In this document: positions 15,784 through 19,259 of the stretch, piece by piece
Layout of the letters: the number at the start of each line of letters is the position of its first letter
Position numbering within the stretch: the stretch's first letter is position 1
Program-made: the position numbers and the translations under genes
The notes under the pieces: generated by a model
Seen by the model: the letters and a program-made list of their open reading frames with translations, nothing else
Databases searched by the model: none
What the model was told of the DNA's origin: nothing
Assembly: GCA_020833025.1 (NCBI GenBank)
Contig: JAJHRB010000025.1
Location: 1 to 19,259, forward strand
Direction: 5' to 3'
DNA length: 19,259 bases
Source: Thermoproteaceae archaeon
Lineage (GTDB): Archaea; Thermoproteota; Thermoprotei; Thermoproteales; Thermoproteaceae

Positions 15784-16420
15784 GCTCTCCGGGAGGATAT
15801 TCAACGACGAGGCGCTCGTGTTGAGGTATGCCAAAGTATTGAGCGAGCGCCAGGAGAGAATAGGCGTCGTGGTGGGAGGCGGCGATATTGCCAGGAGGTA
15901 CATTGCCGTTGCCAGGAGGGGCGGCGCCTCTCCCACATTTCAGGACCTGCTGGGCATTCAGGCAAGCCGCCTGAATGCGCTCCTTTTAGTGTCGCTAGTG
16001 AGCGACGCGTGCCCGAGAGTGCCCGCGTCGCTCGAGGAGTTCCTAGACGCGTGGAGGCGGTGCAGAGTCGTAATCGCCGGGGGGTTCCAGCCTGGCCAGT
16101 CGACTGCGACCGTCGCGGCGCTGGTTGCAGAGGCCGTCGGCGCGAGCGTGTTGGCAAACGCGGCGAGCGTTGACGCGATATACACGGACGATCCCCGGAG
16201 AAATCCCGAGGCCAAGAGACTCCCCGAGCTTAAGTACGACGAGCTTGAAAAACTGGTCCGCTCATCGCCAGCACCCGGCGGCTACGAGCTAGTCGACCCG
16301 TGGAGCATAGCAATTCTCAGGCGGAGCTGCATCTCGCTGTACGTGTTCGACGGAAGGAGGCCGGAGTATCTGCTCGCCGTGATGCGGGGGGAGAACCCCG
16401 GCAGCAGGGTTGTGTGCTAG
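15767..16420 (+). CDS. pyrH: Uridylate kinase
   Basis: VVKLSG, VVVGGGDIARRYI, DLLGIQASRLNA, GGFQPGQST, VDAIYTDDPRRNPEA, ELVDPWS. Confidence 0.93.
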   Translation: MALVVKLSGRIFNDEALVLRYAKVLSERQERIGVVVGGGDIARRYIAVARRGGASPTFQDLLGIQASRLNALLLVSLVSDACPRVPASLEEFLDAWRRCRVVIAGGFQPGQSTATVAALVAEAVGASVLANAASVDAIYTDDPRRNPEAKRLPELKYDELEKLVRSSPAPGGYELVDPWSIAILRRSCISLYVFDGRRPEYLLAVMRGENPGSRVVC

Positions 16421-16510
16421 GCAGCGCCACTGCCCGCCTTAGATGGCGTGATAAGGCCGGCGACAAACCTCGCCCTTTAGGGCAGGGGCCATATCTCCGC
16501 GGCCCGTGTC

Positions 16511-16517
16511 TTTTTTT
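16511..16517 (+). terminator. Candidate oligo-T terminator downstream of pyrH
   Basis: T7 run 90 nt after the pyrH stop, preceded by a small hairpin GCCC-TTTA-GGGC (16472-16483). Confidence 0.45.
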
Positions 16518-16888
16518 GGTGTTAAGTGTACATTGAGCATCACCGGCGGTCTCATCCTGTGTTTGATCACTCGCCCGCCCTCCGCGCGTGAATGAGCTCC
16601 TCTGCGAGGCACCTCGGCGCCCTGCCGTTGTTGTCCCCCGCCCGCTCCGAAGCTCACTTTCTGAGCCCCTCCTGCGTTTTGAGCGGCGCGGTGATTTAGG
16701 ATTGAGGTGGAACGCCCCCCAGCCTTGTGTTGTGCAACCCCGCGGCAGGGAGCCCTCTCATTGGAGCCCGCCGGGCATCTCCGGGCCCCCACCCGCGCGT
16801 CCCGCGGCCGCGCATAAATACATTCTCCCGGCCGGCACGAATCTTACTCTGGTATTCCGCCGGGGGGTTTTAGCGCGGCGCGGAGGGC

Positions 16889-17398
16889 GTGACGGTGAGA
16901 CTTTCCGCCACAGAGCGCAAGGTTGCGGAGCTGTACTCAGCCGGGCTGAGGCCGAGGGAAATAGCAAACGTGCTGGGCATTTCAATAAATACTGTGTACA
17001 AGGCGCTGTCGAAGGCGCGCAGGGCGCTCGGCGCGCTGGAGCGCCCGTCCCTCCAGCTCGCGCGCTCCTACACCATAAGCGTCCCGGCCCCTCCCAGCAA
17101 ATTTACGCCGCTTAGACTCGCGCTGTCGCTTTACTACAACGGCGCGCCGGCGCTCGGGGGGCAGCCAGCCGCGGGAGCCGCGGCGCTCCCGGAGGAGCTT
17201 AACCGAGTTCTTGAGAGGCTTGAGAGAGTCATATTGCAGCTCTGTCAGGCCCAGCGCCGCGCCGGAGAGGCGCCGCCGCGCCGCGAGGCCCCCAGCGGCG
17301 GCGATGACGGGGACGGCCGCCTGCCCCCGCTCCTGCGCAAGAACGTGTGGGTCGCGCTGCTGCGCAGCAAGGCCCCTACCTCGCGAGGATCTTTATGA
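16889..17398 (+). CDS. HTH DNA-binding protein (sigma70 region 4/LuxR-like N-terminus)
   Basis: LSATERKVAELYSAGLRPREIANVLGISINTVYKALSKARRAL. GGAGG at 16882-16886 favours a start at GTG 16895. 23-nt convergent overlap with ychF. Confidence 0.8.
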   Translation: MTVRLSATERKVAELYSAGLRPREIANVLGISINTVYKALSKARRALGALERPSLQLARSYTISVPAPPSKFTPLRLALSLYYNGAPALGGQPAAGAAALPEELNRVLERLERVILQLCQAQRRAGEAPPRREAPSGGDDGDGRLPPLLRKNVWVALLRSKAPTSRGSL

Positions 17399-18581
17399 CG
17401 AGCCCCTGGTACACGCGGTCGCCCGCCGCAAGCCTCCTGCCGGTGCGGGCGTCTATTGCGCCCACGAATCTCTCGCCTAGCTCTGTGTGAATTGCGTAGG
17501 CCACGTCCCTAGCGGTAAACGAGCTCGGCACTAGCAGCAGATCGGGCAGCACGCTGCCCTGCCTGTCGCTCAGCCTTTTCTCATCCTCGACGGGATAGAC
17601 GGCCACGTAATTAAGCGCATCAAACACCGCGGCGTTAATTGTCTGGACAACGCCGGTGCTGCCCCACCTCCGCAACAGCTCGGCTATCCTCTCCAGCGCT
17701 GCCTTTTGCTGCGGCGTCGGGCTCCCCACGAGCTCGAAGCTTGAGTCCCCCGGCCTGTACTTCACGAGCCCCTTAGCCGCCGCCCTCCGCAGCGCCAGCT
17801 CGGCTTCGGCTGACGTAGGCACTATAATGCGCCCGGGGAAGGCCTGCCTGAGCCTCCTGTAGCCGTCCTCGGCCTCCGGCACGTCTATCTTGTTTGCCGC
17901 AATCACTATGGGCCTGCTGTAAGTTCTCACCAGGCTGCTGAATTTGTAGAAGTCGTCGTCTGTCCAAACACTCGGGGGCTTCTTCGCGAGGCCCGCCTCG
18001 TTTAGCGCCGCCTCGACGTGGGCGCGCCTTACGCCGAGTCCCGCCAGCCTCTCGGACAGCACGTCCGCCACATCCCTCTTGCTGTACTCAACGAGCTTAG
18101 CCGTTTTGCTCCAGTCCCTGCGCAGTATAGAGACTATCCACATATCAATCTCCCTCTCGAGAAATATCACGTCAACCACGGGGTCGTGGGTGCCGGGCCT
18201 CACGAGCCTCCCCTCCTCGTCAGTCGAACCAGACGCGTCAACGACGTGTATTAGGGCAGGCGCCCTGCGGAGGTGGTCAAGGAACTGGTTGCCGAGGCCC
18301 CTCCCCTGCCACGCGCCCGGAATGAGGCCAGCGACGTCGATTAGCTCCACGGGGGCGAAACACACGCCGCCGACGATCACGTAGCTTCTCGGGCTGCACG
18401 CGAGAGACGAGCACGGGCAGCCGTCTACTCTGGCATGGCCAATTCCGACGTTTGGCTCTATGGTCGTGAAGGGAGTCGGCGATATTCTGACGTCCCTCAT
18501 GGTGGCGGCGGCGAAGAAAGTCGACTTCCCGGCATTAGGCTTCCCGACTATGCCGATCTGCAGCCTGCCCTGCAGAACCAC
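17376..18581 (-). CDS. ychF: OBG-family ATPase YchF (archaeal type)
   Basis: GKPNAGKST, PFTT, DVAG, NKID, the Cys-rich insert common in archaeal members, and a C-terminal TGS-like region (ARDVAYAIHTELG). Confidence 0.93.
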   Translation of the reverse strand: MVLQGRLQIGIVGKPNAGKSTFFAAATMRDVRISPTPFTTIEPNVGIGHARVDGCPCSSLACSPRSYVIVGGVCFAPVELIDVAGLIPGAWQGRGLGNQFLDHLRRAPALIHVVDASGSTDEEGRLVRPGTHDPVVDVIFLEREIDMWIVSILRRDWSKTAKLVEYSKRDVADVLSERLAGLGVRRAHVEAALNEAGLAKKPPSVWTDDDFYKFSSLVRTYSRPIVIAANKIDVPEAEDGYRRLRQAFPGRIIVPTSAEAELALRRAAAKGLVKYRPGDSSFELVGSPTPQQKAALERIAELLRRWGSTGVVQTINAAVFDALNYVAVYPVEDEKRLSDRQGSVLPDLLLVPSSFTARDVAYAIHTELGERFVGAIDARTGRRLAAGDRVYQGLVIKILAR

Positions 18582-18601
18582 TGAGTGCCCGCGGCGGGGT
18601 G

Positions 18602-18608
18602 TTATATA
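18602..18608 (-). promoter_or_regulatory. TATA box of ychF
   Basis: TATATAA on the minus strand, 20 nt before GTG 18581. Confidence 0.65.
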
Positions 18609-18638
18609 CTGTGCAGCCCCGCCGCGCGTGGAGCAAGC

Positions 18639-18644
18639 TTTTTA
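18639..18644 (+). promoter_or_regulatory. TATA-like box of cdc48
   Basis: TTTTTA, 21 nt before ATG 18666. Confidence 0.5.
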
Positions 18645-18665
18645 CTTTTAGCAGCACGCACGCAC

Positions 18666-19259
18666 ATGCCGAGTTCGAGCGAGGCCGTCTTGCGAGTCAC
18701 GGAGGCCAAGTCGCGCGACGTTGGCAGGAGTATAGTCAGGATACCGGTGCGGATCATGAAGATGCTGGGAGTCGAGCCTGGCGATTACGTCGAGATAACC
18801 GGCAGGAGGACGGCATACGCCCAGGTGTGGCCGGCATATCCCGAGGACGAGGACAAGGACGTCATAAGAATGGACGGCATTATAAGGCAGAATGCCGGCG
18901 TTGGCATTGGCGACACAGTCAGAGCGCGTAAAGTCTCGTTAAAGCCAGCGCAGAGAGTTGTCCTGGCGCCGGTCGAGCACGTCAGGGTGGATCCCGAGTA
19001 CTTGAAGAGACATATCCTGCTCGGCAAGCCCGTCGCGCGCGGGCAGGCAATTGACGTTCCATTCTACGGCGGGTCCATAAGGTTCGTTGTGACCCAGGTG
19101 CAGCCGGGGCCCGCCGCCTACGTCAATGTGGACACTGAGGTTGTAGTGCGCGAGGAGCCCGTCAGAGAGACGGAGCTCTCGATACCCAGGGTGACGTGGG
19201 AGGACATCGGCGATCTTGAGGACGCGAAGCAGAAGGTGAGGGAGCTCGTCGAGCTCCCG
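18666..19259 (+). CDS. cdc48: CDC48/VCP-family AAA ATPase, 5' part only (runs off the window)
   Basis: Translated by hand from ATG 18666: MPSSSEAVLRVTEAKSRDVGRSIVRI...VEPGDYVEITG...IRMDGIIRQNAGVGIGDTV...IPRVTWEDIGDLEDAKQKVRELVELP. This is the N-domain plus the start of D1. Confidence 0.95.
   Translation, partial: MPSSSEAVLRVTEAKSRDVGRSIVRIPVRIMKMLGVEPGDYVEITGRRTAYAQVWPAYPEDEDKDVIRMDGIIRQNAGVGIGDTVRARKVSLKPAQRVVLAPVEHVRVDPEYLKRHILLGKPVARGQAIDVPFYGGSIRFVVTQVQPGPAAYVNVDTEVVVREEPVRETELSIPRVTWEDIGDLEDAKQKVRELVELP

Noticed and set aside
16421-16888. SRP RNA, short (type T) RNase P RNA, tRNA or ORB-containing origin as the explanation for the gap
   Set aside because: No SRP helix-8 CAGG/GGAA/AGCA motif, no RNase P P4 motifs, no T-loop GTTCRA, and only weak unrepeated ORB-like words (TCATTGGAG, GGTGGAAC).
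344-19027. Numerous shorter overlapping or antisense ORFs in the track (e.g. 1971-2750, 8536-9138, 14417-15100, 16588-17115, 18599-18931)
   Set aside because: They are shadow frames of well-supported genes in high-GC DNA, are Arg/Gly/Pro/Ala-rich, and lack motifs or promoter spacing.
1-19259. CRISPR array, IS/transposase, integrase or tandem repeats
   Set aside because: No regularly spaced direct repeats, terminal inverted repeats or recombinase motifs were seen by eye. A repeat-finder run would be the definitive check.

Overview
GC-rich archaeal chromosome segment, almost certainly Thermoproteaceae (Pyrobaculum/Thermoproteus-like). This is inferred from a PaREP1-family gene, a stand-alone uL14 with an MAKRGGKR N-terminus, and TATA boxes about 19-24 nt upstream of most start codons (leaderless architecture). 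It is mostly core genome: rqcH/NFACT, DUF362-like, truD, endonuclease IV, uL14, ahcY, B3/4-domain protein, metallophosphoesterase, thioredoxin-fold CPYC protein, serS, pyrH, an HTH protein, ychF and the 5' part of cdc48 (absent from the ORF track because it runs off the window). About 8 hypothetical ORFs are interspersed. The ORF track misses two minus-strand box C/D guide sRNAs (about 3909-3962 and 15116-15168). The D guide of the first matches the conserved 16S decoding-site sequence but has an A-C mismatch exactly at the +5 position, opposite the C1402 equivalent. Other points of interest are a symmetric bidirectional TTATAA promoter, a secreted glycoprotein with mosaic codon usage, an apparently inactivated RecA-like ATPase and an unexplained 470-nt intergenic region. 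No CRISPR array, tRNA, rRNA or transposase was seen. All family assignments come from motif recognition by eye; no database search was run.
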